A stretch of 64,000 nt of DNA, from positions 3,170 to 67,169 of the IMG/VR virus record IMGVR_UViG_2878918711_000001; one strand, 5' to 3'. The notes beneath the pieces are model-generated. The model was not told the origin of the DNA. It ran no database searches and worked only from the letters and a program-made list of their open reading frames with translations. This DNA is from a virus (taxonomy: Duplodnaviria > Caudoviricetes). Below, one piece after another: positions 38,529-48,011 of the stretch. The position numbers were made by a program, and so were the translations under genes. Position 1 is the stretch's first letter, and every line of letters starts with the position of its first letter.

Positions 38529-38999
38529 TTAAAACGAAGCTACCGGCTCGCGGAACTTCACCTTGAACGCTCCGCATTGCTGCCCGTCCGACCATAGGTT
38601 GCTTATTGCTGTGAAGCCGTTAGGAAATTGGTCGGCGAACATGCGCATTTCCAAGTCCAGTGTCGGGAACTTAAAAGTCAGCCAGCCTTTTTCGCCCGAC
38701 TTTAAGAATTTGACGAAGGCGATGTAACGCTGGACGAATTCGGCAGTCGAGGTGGCACTTATGGCAAAGTGCAGCGTTACGTCGCGCCCCTCGCTCCTTG
38801 GCCGAAGGTCGGCACTGTACTCCTCACCGTTCTGCTCCCGAATGTTTACCGCTACATTGCCTTTTGCCTTGGCAGGTGCAAGCAGCGCATTCAAGTTCTC
38901 ATGCCCTCCCTTCTGCTCTTCTCGCAGGAAGGCACTATATACTGTCCAGATGTCAGTACCATTGACGATAACCTGACCTGATAATATGTGTCTTGCCAT
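38529..38999 (-). CDS. Distal tail (Dit-like) protein
   Basis: Position directly after the tape measure gene; 156 aa. Confidence 0.6.
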   Translation of the reverse strand: MARHILSGQVIVNGTDIWTVYSAFLREEQKGGHENLNALLAPAKAKGNVAVNIREQNGEEYSADLRPRSEGRDVTLHFAISATSTAEFVQRYIAFVKFLKSGEKGWLTFKFPTLDLEMRMFADQFPNGFTAISNLWSDGQQCGAFKVKFREPVASF

Positions 39000-39007
39000 A
39001 ATGTTAT

Positions 39008-42000
39008 CTATCTCATTTTAAATCCGTCACGCTTAATCGATTTTATATCTTCAGAAATATCCTTAAGATGTTTACAGTAGCTTGTATTCTCAACCAACTG
39101 GGCTAATTGGTCTGATGCCGCTGCCCATCGTTCAGCTATCTTTGCCAGCAAGGAGTCCATGCTCGCCCAGTGCAGCTGCCCACTGGTAAAGAGTCCCTCC
39201 AGCTTAGTGCCTTGGTCATGTGTCATTGTTTCAAACGCTCCGCTTCGCCCTGCCTGCTGCGTACTGTCCGTAGGGTCAATGCCAGCCGACTTGTAGGCTT
39301 GGTCGCGCTCTTTGTTCATTTCATCGAATATCTTCTTGTACATCTCGCGCAGACTGCTTGCCTCGCCATTGGACAGACCGTCCTCCATGGCTGCGGCAAA
39401 CGCCTTGTACCATTCCTGCAGTTTGTCGCTGTATTTATTGGACATCAGCGAATTCAAGATGGCGTCCTGAAACATCTCGTCCACGCTTTTCAATACCTCG
39501 CGGCTGCCGTTCTTGACGTCCTTCACAAGGCTCTTCAGCGAATCGCGAGCCGAGTCAAAGCTGATACCTGTCATCTTCTCACGGTAGGCGTTCTCTATCT
39601 GCTCCAGCTGTTTCCAATATCCGATGTAATCGTCCATGAACTGCGCAGCATCTTTGTACCCGTCATTTGCAAGGTCTTTCAGGTGGCTGTACTCGCTGGT
39701 CAGTTTCGTGGCCACTTCATACATCTCCTTGCTCGACAGCTTCCAGAAATCGCTGGCACTACGCACTTCTTTTCCGAGCAGCTTGCTGATTGCGTCCCAC
39801 TCACGGCTGCTCATACCCTTGTCTATCTTGTAATTTGAGCTATGCTTGCCGTTAGTCCATGCTTTGTACCAATCACCATTGGTGTACGCCTTTCCACTGC
39901 GTGCCATCTTTTCCTGCGCATTGCGCTCCTGTTCCCTGATGTTCTTCTTCTGCTGTTCGTAAAGACCGCCTGCATCGTTTACCTTCGCCTTGCTCATCTC
40001 ATCGGTAAGGTTCTCCAATGCCTGTTTCAAGTCGGCGTTGCTCTGGGTGAGTTTTTCAAGGTCGCGTTCGAGGTGCTTGTCACTGTCACCATCGCCAAGC
40101 AGGCTGGTCAGCTTGTGAAAGCCACCAAACGTAACGGTATCCAAGATGTTGTTAAGATGCTGCATGGAATTGCTGAGCGGCTTCATGATGATATTGCCGC
40201 TGAATACATCTTCCAGCATCTTCTCCACGGCACCTAAGATGGTGTCCTGAAGACTCGTCACAATACCGCTGATGCCATTTTGCGCAATGGTGTCCAAGAT
40301 ACCAAGCATGGCACTGATGACTTCGCCCATCATGCCTGTGTTTCCGAGAGCTGTCGAAAGTGCCTTGCTGACGCTGCTGTCTTTTCCGAACAAGGTCTGG
40401 ACACCCTTGGCAAAAGCGTTGCCGACAGCCTTTGTAGTCTCACCACCGCCAAAAAGTTTGTCAAGGCGCATCAAGGCGTTACCTATGCCTTTTAGGGTAC
40501 CACTCGTAAGACCGCTTATCGCACCTTCCAAATCCTCGAACATACCCTTTGCCCTATCAGCACTTGCTTTTAGATTTTCGGTAGCCTCGTTGGCTGTCTT
40601 ACCACATGCTGACACAGCTGTACTTGCAGCATTCTGTTCAGCCACCAGACGGTCTACCTCTGCCTGCCATCGCGCCATCTCCTCGGTGTTGCCTTCCGCC
40701 TGTGCCTGCTCTAATTTCTCCCGTGCATCTTTCAGGCTATCGGCCGTTTCCTCATACACATGACGCTCCACCTCCTGTGCGGCTATCAGTTTCTCCATTG
40801 CCGCCTGATAGGCAACCATATCATCGCTGACTTTCTTGAATATCTCACCGTCCCATGCGGCGGCACTCTGCTCAAGGCGATGTATGAGTTCAAAGACAAT
40901 TGACTGGTCTTGAACGCTGCTGTTTTTGAAATCCTTGCTTTCAGTTATCTTGCGCAGCTTACTCAGCAGCGGGTCTAATTCTGACTTGAACAAGGCACCG
41001 AACTCACTGAAGGCACTGCCCCAGTCGATGCTCTGCTTGATAGCTTCTACCTCTATCTTTCCTTGTGCAGAATCGCGCTCAGCTATCAGTTTCTTGCGCT
41101 CGCCTTCAGTTGTAGCCTTCTTGATTTTTTCGGCATATTCTTCTGCGATGGCCAGTTTCTGCTGGTTAAACGTGCCATACTCCTTGAGATAGTCGCGCAT
41201 GGCCTGCCGGTCGGCACTGAATACGTCAGAGCGTTTTTTCAAGAAGTCCTGCCTTGCCGCTTCTTCCTGCGCTTTTTTGTTCTCTTCTTCTGCCTTTGTA
41301 TAAGCAAAACGGCTGTCAGAAGGATTTGCATGAAAAACTTTCTTTTTATTGGCAGGGTTAGCCTCCCACGCCTTCTGTGCCGCTTCAATCTTGCCTTTCT
41401 TTAAATCTTCATATTCGCGATTTATCTTTTCCTTTTCTTTTTCAAAGTCAAGCTGTATCTGTGCGAGGGTTTTCCTGGAACCTTCCCTCATCGCATCTAT
41501 CTGTGCCTGTCGCGTTTCCAATTCCATATCCCGCACCGCACGCTTGCGCGCTTCTTTTTGCTCTTCAACTATTTCTTGGTAACGAGCCTGTTGGCGGGCT
41601 ATCTCTTCTTTAGACAGGCCTTTCTTTTCTTTTTTCTTCTTTTTACTCTTTCTGTTGTTTTCCCGCTGAATAGTTTCAGCGTAGTTGCTTTTATGGCTGG
41701 AGAGCTGAGCTGTCAGCCTGCCGATTTGCTTATTGTAGTCTTTCCAGTTCTTCGAGCCGTAAATTTCCCCATCGCGCTGCTTTTTCAGTTCCTGCAGACG
41801 CTTTTCAAGGTCGGCGTCAGAGCCAACGGTAAGTGCGTTGGGGAGCAGCTTGTTGATGTCAGTAAGGAGCGTTTTCAGTTCCAAGAGACGGGTGTTGTCC
41901 GTTTCAACCCTTATTTCCTTGGAGTTGATGCTGTCTATCTCAGCTTGGACGCTTTGCATCTTCTGAACCAGCTGCTCATAGTTCATTTGACTGATAGCCT

Positions 42001-44287
42001 CGTTGGTCGTGTCTTTCGTCTCGACGACAGCATTGGCAATTCCTTCCAACTGTGCTTTTGTCCGTTCAAGCTCTCCATAGGAGTCACTGAAGCCCATGGC
42101 AGATTTCTCCACGTATTCGTAAAGGTTATCGTGGAAAGCTTCTATTTCCTTATCCGTCACTCCCAATGCCTGCAAGATGCCTTCTATTGCACGAACCTCT
42201 TCCTCAACAGCCTTGGTACCATCTTCCTGTGATTTTGCAAAGGCAGCCGAAATATCTGCTGCATGGTTCATAACTTCGGTGGAAATCATATTCCATGTCG
42301 CAGATGTTACCTGACGCAGTTTCTCACTGGCAACATCCACGGACTTGTTGACCATTACCGTAACACCTTCAGGAGTACTCTCCATGACTTCACGCATCTC
42401 CTTATACGTGGCATCCTTGGCTTTCTCCATCAAGCTGTCCATGGCATCTTTCTCGGCATTCATGGCATCTTCGTTGGCCTTTGCCGCTGCCTCTGCCAGC
42501 GTCCTCTCTGCTGCTTGCTGACGGATAGCCTCCGTCAAATCCTCATATTTCCTTTTTTGTTCGGCCAAGGTATCGTTGAGCGATAGCTCCTGCGTGTTAT
42601 ACTCCCTGGCAGCGGCGTTGATGCCATCAAGGGCAGTCTTGTAGCTTTTAGAGCCTTTCTCGACATTTGCAAGCGTTGCATAATAGGTGTCTAACTGCGA
42701 CTGTTGCTGCAGCACTTTATCACGGAAGCGGTTGGTAACGTCGGCTGCCTTTTCTGTTTCTGAGGAGAACATCGACAGAAGCCCTATCATTGAAGTAATG
42801 GCTACCAGGGCGATTCCAAAAGGGTTTGACATGAAGGCCGCCTTCAGGCTCTGCATGGCCGTCGTAGCCATACGGGTAGCTGCCGCCCAAAGACTCGTAG
42901 CACGAGTGTTGGCGTTCTTCTGCACTGTGTCCACCTGTGTCTGGAAAGTCGACAGCTGCTGTGCTGCAGCCTGCTTGTGCGTGTATGCAGTAGTGGAATT
43001 CTTCGCGGCTGCGTTTCGTATTTCTTCTGCTGTATTGCGCTCCTTAACGGCAGTATTCAATTCCTCCTGTGCGCTTTCGATAGCCTTTGCATCACCGCTT
43101 TTCAAGGTAGCTTGCAAATTCTCCTGGGCAGCAGCGACACCACGAACGGCATCGTCCACCATCTGATTGGCAAACTCATGTTCGGCAAAAGCAGAAGCTG
43201 CCTTTATCTCAGCTGCTGCCAAGTGCGCACGCAGCTCATTTTCCATGGCGACCACCTCTACATCAATGGCCGTCTTGCTTGCCGCCTTTGCTGCGGTGTT
43301 TGCCTGTGTAGCAGCTGTCTCATTGTTAATGGCATCGGTATTCGCATTCTTGTACTTATCGACAAGTTCCTTCAGCTCGTTCACACGGTCAGCTTCTATG
43401 ATGGTCTTCTGCCTGTTCATGACGTTCTGCAATGCCTGAACAGCCATCAACGTACCCTTATATTCACCATAGGCAGCTATGACTGTGAAAATAGCCGCCC
43501 CCAGCTTCTCATAGTTCTTGACTGCTGACGTTGCAAGCTCAATACCCTCCATCAAGAAGCCCTCACTGCTTTCGCCCATGGCATTCATTGCATCCTGCCA
43601 TGCTCCTTCGAGGTTGCTGACAGCACCTTTCATTCCCTTGCTCTGCCTTTCGAGCATACCATGGAACTTGCCACCTTCACCCGTGGCAGAAGCAAAGGCG
43701 TCTGCAACCATCTCGACACTTATCTTGCCATCTGACATTTCCTCCTTCAATGCGCTTATGCTCTTTCCTGTCTTTTCAGCTATGACAACAAGCGGGTTGA
43801 AGCCGGCATTGATCATCTGCAGGAGATCCTGCCCCATAAGTTTGCCCGTAGAGCTCATCTGGGCAAAGGCAAGCACGAGAGAATTGAACTTCTGAGAGTC
43901 TCCCATGGAAATGTCGCCGATCTGATGGAGGATAGGCATCACCCTCTCGGCTTCGATATTGAAACCTAACAGTGTCTGCGCACCCTTGGCAAGGTCATTC
44001 ATCATCATGGGAGTACTGGTGGCAAATTCCTTGATGTCTCCAAACAATTTGTCTCCCTTTGTCTTACCAGCCAAGGTCTCAAAGGAAATCTGAAGGCTTT
44101 CGATTTCTCCACGAACATCAACAATTTTCTTAATGTATTCTGCGCTCTTATCAACAGCGAAGATACCACCAACCGTATTGCGCAGCCCACGCAGGCGGCT
44201 GTCAAGCACATCTGCCTCACCGCCGACTTCCCGCAAGCCTTGCTTCAGGTTGCCTTTCATCAAGAATTCGATTTCCACTGCCTTCAT
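39008..44287 (-). CDS. Tape measure protein
   Basis: 1759 aa, helical; tape-measure domain 'FAQMSSTGKLMGQDLLQMINAGFNP'. Confidence 0.92.
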   Translation of the reverse strand: MKAVEIEFLMKGNLKQGLREVGGEADVLDSRLRGLRNTVGGIFAVDKSAEYIKKIVDVRGEIESLQISFETLAGKTKGDKLFGDIKEFATSTPMMMNDLAKGAQTLLGFNIEAERVMPILHQIGDISMGDSQKFNSLVLAFAQMSSTGKLMGQDLLQMINAGFNPLVVIAEKTGKSISALKEEMSDGKISVEMVADAFASATGEGGKFHGMLERQSKGMKGAVSNLEGAWQDAMNAMGESSEGFLMEGIELATSAVKNYEKLGAAIFTVIAAYGEYKGTLMAVQALQNVMNRQKTIIEADRVNELKELVDKYKNANTDAINNETAATQANTAAKAASKTAIDVEVVAMENELRAHLAAAEIKAASAFAEHEFANQMVDDAVRGVAAAQENLQATLKSGDAKAIESAQEELNTAVKERNTAEEIRNAAAKNSTTAYTHKQAAAQQLSTFQTQVDTVQKNANTRATSLWAAATRMATTAMQSLKAAFMSNPFGIALVAITSMIGLLSMFSSETEKAADVTNRFRDKVLQQQSQLDTYYATLANVEKGSKSYKTALDGINAAAREYNTQELSLNDTLAEQKRKYEDLTEAIRQQAAERTLAEAAAKANEDAMNAEKDAMDSLMEKAKDATYKEMREVMESTPEGVTVMVNKSVDVASEKLRQVTSATWNMISTEVMNHAADISAAFAKSQEDGTKAVEEEVRAIEGILQALGVTDKEIEAFHDNLYEYVEKSAMGFSDSYGELERTKAQLEGIANAVVETKDTTNEAISQMNYEQLVQKMQSVQAEIDSINSKEIRVETDNTRLLELKTLLTDINKLLPNALTVGSDADLEKRLQELKKQRDGEIYGSKNWKDYNKQIGRLTAQLSSHKSNYAETIQRENNRKSKKKKKEKKGLSKEEIARQQARYQEIVEEQKEARKRAVRDMELETRQAQIDAMREGSRKTLAQIQLDFEKEKEKINREYEDLKKGKIEAAQKAWEANPANKKKVFHANPSDSRFAYTKAEEENKKAQEEAARQDFLKKRSDVFSADRQAMRDYLKEYGTFNQQKLAIAEEYAEKIKKATTEGERKKLIAERDSAQGKIEVEAIKQSIDWGSAFSEFGALFKSELDPLLSKLRKITESKDFKNSSVQDQSIVFELIHRLEQSAAAWDGEIFKKVSDDMVAYQAAMEKLIAAQEVERHVYEETADSLKDAREKLEQAQAEGNTEEMARWQAEVDRLVAEQNAASTAVSACGKTANEATENLKASADRAKGMFEDLEGAISGLTSGTLKGIGNALMRLDKLFGGGETTKAVGNAFAKGVQTLFGKDSSVSKALSTALGNTGMMGEVISAMLGILDTIAQNGISGIVTSLQDTILGAVEKMLEDVFSGNIIMKPLSNSMQHLNNILDTVTFGGFHKLTSLLGDGDSDKHLERDLEKLTQSNADLKQALENLTDEMSKAKVNDAGGLYEQQKKNIREQERNAQEKMARSGKAYTNGDWYKAWTNGKHSSNYKIDKGMSSREWDAISKLLGKEVRSASDFWKLSSKEMYEVATKLTSEYSHLKDLANDGYKDAAQFMDDYIGYWKQLEQIENAYREKMTGISFDSARDSLKSLVKDVKNGSREVLKSVDEMFQDAILNSLMSNKYSDKLQEWYKAFAAAMEDGLSNGEASSLREMYKKIFDEMNKERDQAYKSAGIDPTDSTQQAGRSGAFETMTHDQGTKLEGLFTSGQLHWASMDSLLAKIAERWAAASDQLAQLVENTSYCKHLKDISEDIKSIKRDGFKMR

Positions 44288-44300
44288 TTGCCTTTGAATT

Positions 44301-44531
44301 TTATTCTGGTTGGAGATTACTTTGGAAAAAGTCTAAAACGTTGTCTGCTGCTTCTTTTTCTTTTTTGCTCTCTTTCTTCTTGATGTAGCGTGGAGCGTCC
44401 GCCAACATCATGATGAGTGTCTGATAGTTCACGCCGTTCAAGATATACTCCCGGCTCCAGCCCGTTGCATTGGCTATCTGCCATATCAGACCAAAGGGGC
44501 TATGACTTCCCTCGTACTGAGTCGCTAACTC
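44301..44531 (-). CDS. Start-less -1-frame extension of the tail assembly chaperone (gpGT-like), not in the ORF track
   Basis: 'ELATQYEGSHSPFGLIWQIANATGWSREYILNGVNYQTLIMMLADAPRY...QPE*' fills the gap to the tape measure gene. Confidence 0.65.
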   Translation of the reverse strand, partial: ELATQYEGSHSPFGLIWQIANATGWSREYILNGVNYQTLIMMLADAPRYIKKKESKKEKEAADNVLDFFQSNLQPE

Positions 44532-44998
44532 CCCTTCTTCTTTTGGCTCAGTCTCAGCTTCATCGGATTCGTCATCTCGGCTGATCTGATAATATTCGTA
44601 AAACTTTCCGTGCCCAGCAGCAAGACGAACTTCATCATTGCCACCTGCATGTAGAGATTATCAACCCAATGGCGCAGTATCCACGATACGAGCCACACGG
44701 GCTTCCACCACTTGCCACACATCGTCAAGGCTACCATATCTGAAATAGTCTTGCCATGCTCGGCAATAAAACACATCTGCCCATCTTTGTCAAGTGCCTC
44801 CAACTCCGCATAGGTTACACCTAAACTTAAGTAAAGGCGGGCTATCTTTATTTGCGTGCTTAGCCTCGGGCGGCGCATTGTCAGTCTTAACAACAGCCGT
44901 TTCTTGCGGAATGGCAGGCGGATAGGCTTCAGAGGCACCGACACCCCCACATCAAGCAGGGCTTCCGATGCCTCCTGTTGGACTTTTCTTTCATCCAT
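44525..44998 (-). CDS. Tail assembly chaperone (gpG-like)
   Basis: Lies between the tail tube and tape measure genes. Confidence 0.7.
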   Translation of the reverse strand: MDERKVQQEASEALLDVGVSVPLKPIRLPFRKKRLLLRLTMRRPRLSTQIKIARLYLSLGVTYAELEALDKDGQMCFIAEHGKTISDMVALTMCGKWWKPVWLVSWILRHWVDNLYMQVAMMKFVLLLGTESFTNIIRSAEMTNPMKLRLSQKKKGS

Positions 44999-45010
44999 AG
45001 CCTACGCCTT

Positions 45011-45484
45011 TTAGCCCGCACTGATATCACTGATAGAGTAAGGAGCACTGCCGTCGGCAGGCTTCATCACCTTCAGCTGGCACTCTATCTTGGATACTTC
45101 CGTCAATGTCAGCTTGCCTCCGAGGTTGGACAGCAGCACGGCGTTAGGAATCTTGACGCGCTTGCCACTTGGCGTGTCTATGATACATTCGCCGCTGAGC
45201 TGCAGTAATGCTGTTGGTGCTTCCCAGCCTGTGGCTGTAGCCTTACCGCCGAGCATGGCTGCCATATTCTCGTAGTTGAGCTGTATCATGTTGAATTTAG
45301 GCTCGACGGTACCGTTTTTCTGCACCAATGTCAGTACCGGAGCATCGGGCACCTGTTCTGCATCAACATCGACGCTTTCAGGTGCTTTTCCGTTCCACTC
45401 AAAGCTGTCCTTCTCAATATAGCCGACTATCTTACCCGCAAAGGTAATTTTGCTAAGGCCATACAAAAAATCTTTATTTGCCAT
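45011..45484 (-). CDS. Major tail (tube) protein
   Basis: 157 aa beta-rich; upstream of chaperone and tape measure. Confidence 0.65.
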   Translation of the reverse strand: MANKDFLYGLSKITFAGKIVGYIEKDSFEWNGKAPESVDVDAEQVPDAPVLTLVQKNGTVEPKFNMIQLNYENMAAMLGGKATATGWEAPTALLQLSGECIIDTPSGKRVKIPNAVLLSNLGGKLTLTEVSKIECQLKVMKPADGSAPYSISDISAG

Positions 45485-46109
45485 ATAGTTTTCGTTTTAT
45501 AAATGAAATGATCGTTTTTATCTTTGATAGCATCAAGCCTGTCAGGAAGCCTATCAACAGCCATTTGAACGCTGTTTGAACACTATTGAAAGAGGACTTT
45601 TCTTTTACCTCCTCGCGGCTGTTCTCGTTCTTGTACTGCTGACGGGCAAGACGCTTTTTGAGAGCACTGACCGTCTTTGTAAGGCTTGCACAGGCAAGTT
45701 CAAGGCTGTCACAACCGGCTTCGATTATTATCCGTTCGGGGGCGTCAGCCGTCGGTGGACGACGACTCACCTTCACATGTGCCTGTCCCTTCCTCGCAGT
45801 GTAGCCCGCCCCGATGGGTAACAGGCGCAGGGAGTCGAGGTTGATATCCAGGTTTACTGATGACATCGGCACCTTCACTGGCTGAATCCGTGTCTCGCTG
45901 AAGTTCATCACCTCGCTGTCTACCTCCTCTGCCATGCTTTGCTCGACGCGGCTTTCCTGTGTCAGCTTCTTCGACGAGCGACAGCTCGCTGCTGACAGGA
46001 CAAGCAGCCCGATGAGGACACAGCTGGATAGCCTCGATAGCCCTCGACAGGCGAAGGAGTGCACGGCGGGTCTTGCCGTTCTCGTTCTGCAGTTCTTCGA
46101 TTTTTTCAT
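45474..46109 (-). CDS. Lipoprotein with C-terminal TM helix (spanin-like)
   Basis: h-region 'VLIGLLVLSAAS-C'; C-terminal 'FKWLLIGFLTGLML'; start uncertain (46109 or 46142). Confidence 0.55.
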   Translation of the reverse strand: MKKSKNCRTRTARPAVHSFACRGLSRLSSCVLIGLLVLSAASCRSSKKLTQESRVEQSMAEEVDSEVMNFSETRIQPVKVPMSSVNLDINLDSLRLLPIGAGYTARKGQAHVKVSRRPPTADAPERIIIEAGCDSLELACASLTKTVSALKKRLARQQYKNENSREEVKEKSSFNSVQTAFKWLLIGFLTGLMLSKIKTIISFIKRKLYGK

Positions 46110-46302
46110 AATTTGCTTGATTTTGCTGTTGAAGACCGACAAGCTCCTTACTCACCATGTCGTACATCTGCTTGTAAGTGTCCTCTACTTTCTTTTTCTC
46201 CTCCACCGTGCGGAGACGGCGGTTGGCAATCCATGCAATGGCAACACCGATACCGCCTGAGGGAATTGCCCATTGCAGAATCTGTAATATAGTATCTGCC
46301 AT
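45745..46302 (-). CDS. N-terminal-TM coiled-coil protein (holin or i-spanin-like)
   Basis: TM segment then coiled coil and a CxxxxxC motif; directly after the endolysin. Confidence 0.55.
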   Translation of the reverse strand: MADTILQILQWAIPSGGIGVAIAWIANRRLRTVEEKKKVEDTYKQMYDMVSKELVGLQQQNQANYEKIEELQNENGKTRRALLRLSRAIEAIQLCPHRAACPVSSELSLVEEADTGKPRRAKHGRGGRQRGDELQRDTDSASEGADVISKPGYQPRLPAPVTHRGGLHCEEGTGTCEGESSSTDG

Positions 46303-46326
46303 TGTTCTTTGCTTATGATTGGTTAT

Positions 46327-46797
46327 TTAAACTTGCCTGATGCCAATTTGATGCAGCCACGTCGGGACGTCAAAGCTTGGGCATGTCTTGCCCGAATTCA
46401 ACTGATGATGCCCGACTATCCGTATTTGCGGAAAGCGGCGGTGGAATTCCTGGACATAGCGTTTCAGCGACTCGCGTTGGGCGGCAGTACGTGTATCCTT
46501 GGGATTCATTGCCTTGTCGCAACCACCCACATACACTATGTGCCGACTTACGCTGTTATAGCCTGCTGCACCATTGGTGACTTCCCACGGGTCAACGTTT
46601 GCATCTTCATTGTTGGCCACCAGCCGCTCTATGCGGCCGTCCAAATGTATCATGTCCGTGTAACCCACCTGCTTCCAGCCACGGCCACCTTTGCTCTTGG
46701 CGTTGGTGTGCCATGCACGTATTTCGTCAGAGGTCACCTCACGGCCGTCGGGAGTGGCTGTGCAGTGGATTACAAGGAATTTCATTGGGTAGCTCAT
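46327..46797 (-). CDS. N-acetylmuramoyl-L-alanine amidase endolysin
   Basis: 'VIHCTAT', 'HIVYVGG', 'VGHHQL..KTCPSFDV' (T7 lysozyme-like). Confidence 0.92.
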   Translation of the reverse strand: MSYPMKFLVIHCTATPDGREVTSDEIRAWHTNAKSKGGRGWKQVGYTDMIHLDGRIERLVANNEDANVDPWEVTNGAAGYNSVSRHIVYVGGCDKAMNPKDTRTAAQRESLKRYVQEFHRRFPQIRIVGHHQLNSGKTCPSFDVPTWLHQIGIRQV

Positions 46798-46985
46798 TAG
46801 CCTTGTGGCAGTTCAGGTTCTACAAACTCTGCCAGGCCGCGTTTCACGACGTCCTCGGCGCGCTCTGCATCAAACTCCAGCACTGTACCCGTCTCATAGC
46901 GGATAGCATTGTCAAACTTGTCGAGGAAATCTTCTGTTACCTTGATGGTTACCTTTCCCTCTTTTTCTTCTGTCTTCTTTCCCAT
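46797..46985 (-). CDS. Small head-region protein
   Basis: 62 aa after the capsid gene; stop/start overlap with the amidase. Confidence 0.6.
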   Translation of the reverse strand: MGKKTEEKEGKVTIKVTEDFLDKFDNAIRYETGTVLEFDAERAEDVVKRGLAEFVEPELPQG

Positions 46986-47025
46986 TTTTTATCGTTTTAA
47001 ATAGTTATGTAATGTTTGTACTTTT

Positions 47026-47973
47026 TTACCCGCGAGGAAGGAACTTCGGTGATGTACGTTTGTCAAGCGCAACGAATTCTTCACCAAATGCGATATTGGT
47101 GTCAGCCTTCATCAGCATCTTGAAGAAGTACAGCTCGCTCATGTTGCTGACCTTGTCAATCTGAATGACATGTTCGTCATCCTGCAGGTTCACTGCAGCA
47201 AACAGATTGGACGTCATAGCGTCAGGACTACAGAGTGTAGCAACGATGAGGTCATCAGGCCATGCCGAAAGAGTCTCAATCTGGATATCTTTGTAACGCT
47301 TGATGTTACGTGTCGTCTCATCACGATTCTTGTACTCACGAGAGGTCAACTCATCATCATACTTGTCGAAATCGTTTACACTCATCAGGATGCGTAAGTT
47401 CGGATTCTCTCGGATTGCGACAGGAATCGCCTTGCGGACTGCTGCCAGACGCTCGACTTGCTTAGCTGAATCGGTCTTGGCTACGATGACGTCTGTATCC
47501 TTTACTGCCTGTGTCAAAATACCATTGAACAGGTGGTCATCATCAGTGCCAGCCTCTCCGTTTAAATAATGTGAGCCAAGTTCAAACTGAACCTGTTTGG
47601 AAAGAGCATCAAGCAACTGGTTCTGCACGTTTGGTGGCAGCTCTGCAAATACGAGATCACCTTTAGGCTGGAATGGTCTCCAGACATTCTCAAACGTACG
47701 TGGGTTAAACACAGTGAACGCCATGAAGTCTACTGGTTCAAGAGCCTTCTCCGAGTAGTCGAATCCACCCTTGCTGTCGCTCACCTGAGGATTCTCCTTA
47801 TGCTTCTGAAGCATCTTGCTGGTACGCAGACGTGGGATTGAGCTCTTTTTTGACACGTTCGGGATTACGTGGATGAGTCCCTTGTCAACAATCTCATTAT
47901 TGGTTGTCGCCACGGTAAGGAGCTGTTCCAGCACCTCACCATTGTAATTGGAATTTTTGATGTTAATTGCCAT
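47026..47973 (-). CDS. Major capsid protein
   Basis: 315 aa directly after the head protease. Confidence 0.7.
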   Translation of the reverse strand: MAINIKNSNYNGEVLEQLLTVATTNNEIVDKGLIHVIPNVSKKSSIPRLRTSKMLQKHKENPQVSDSKGGFDYSEKALEPVDFMAFTVFNPRTFENVWRPFQPKGDLVFAELPPNVQNQLLDALSKQVQFELGSHYLNGEAGTDDDHLFNGILTQAVKDTDVIVAKTDSAKQVERLAAVRKAIPVAIRENPNLRILMSVNDFDKYDDELTSREYKNRDETTRNIKRYKDIQIETLSAWPDDLIVATLCSPDAMTSNLFAAVNLQDDEHVIQIDKVSNMSELYFFKMLMKADTNIAFGEEFVALDKRTSPKFLPRG

Positions 47974-48011
47974 TGTCGTTTATCTTGTTAATTGTTTATC
48001 TCTCAAGGTGT

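Noticed and set aside
39170-43895. Long plus-strand ORFs antisense to the tape measure gene, and similar ones opposite the transposase and portal genes
   Set aside because: Shadow frames of real genes; no motifs
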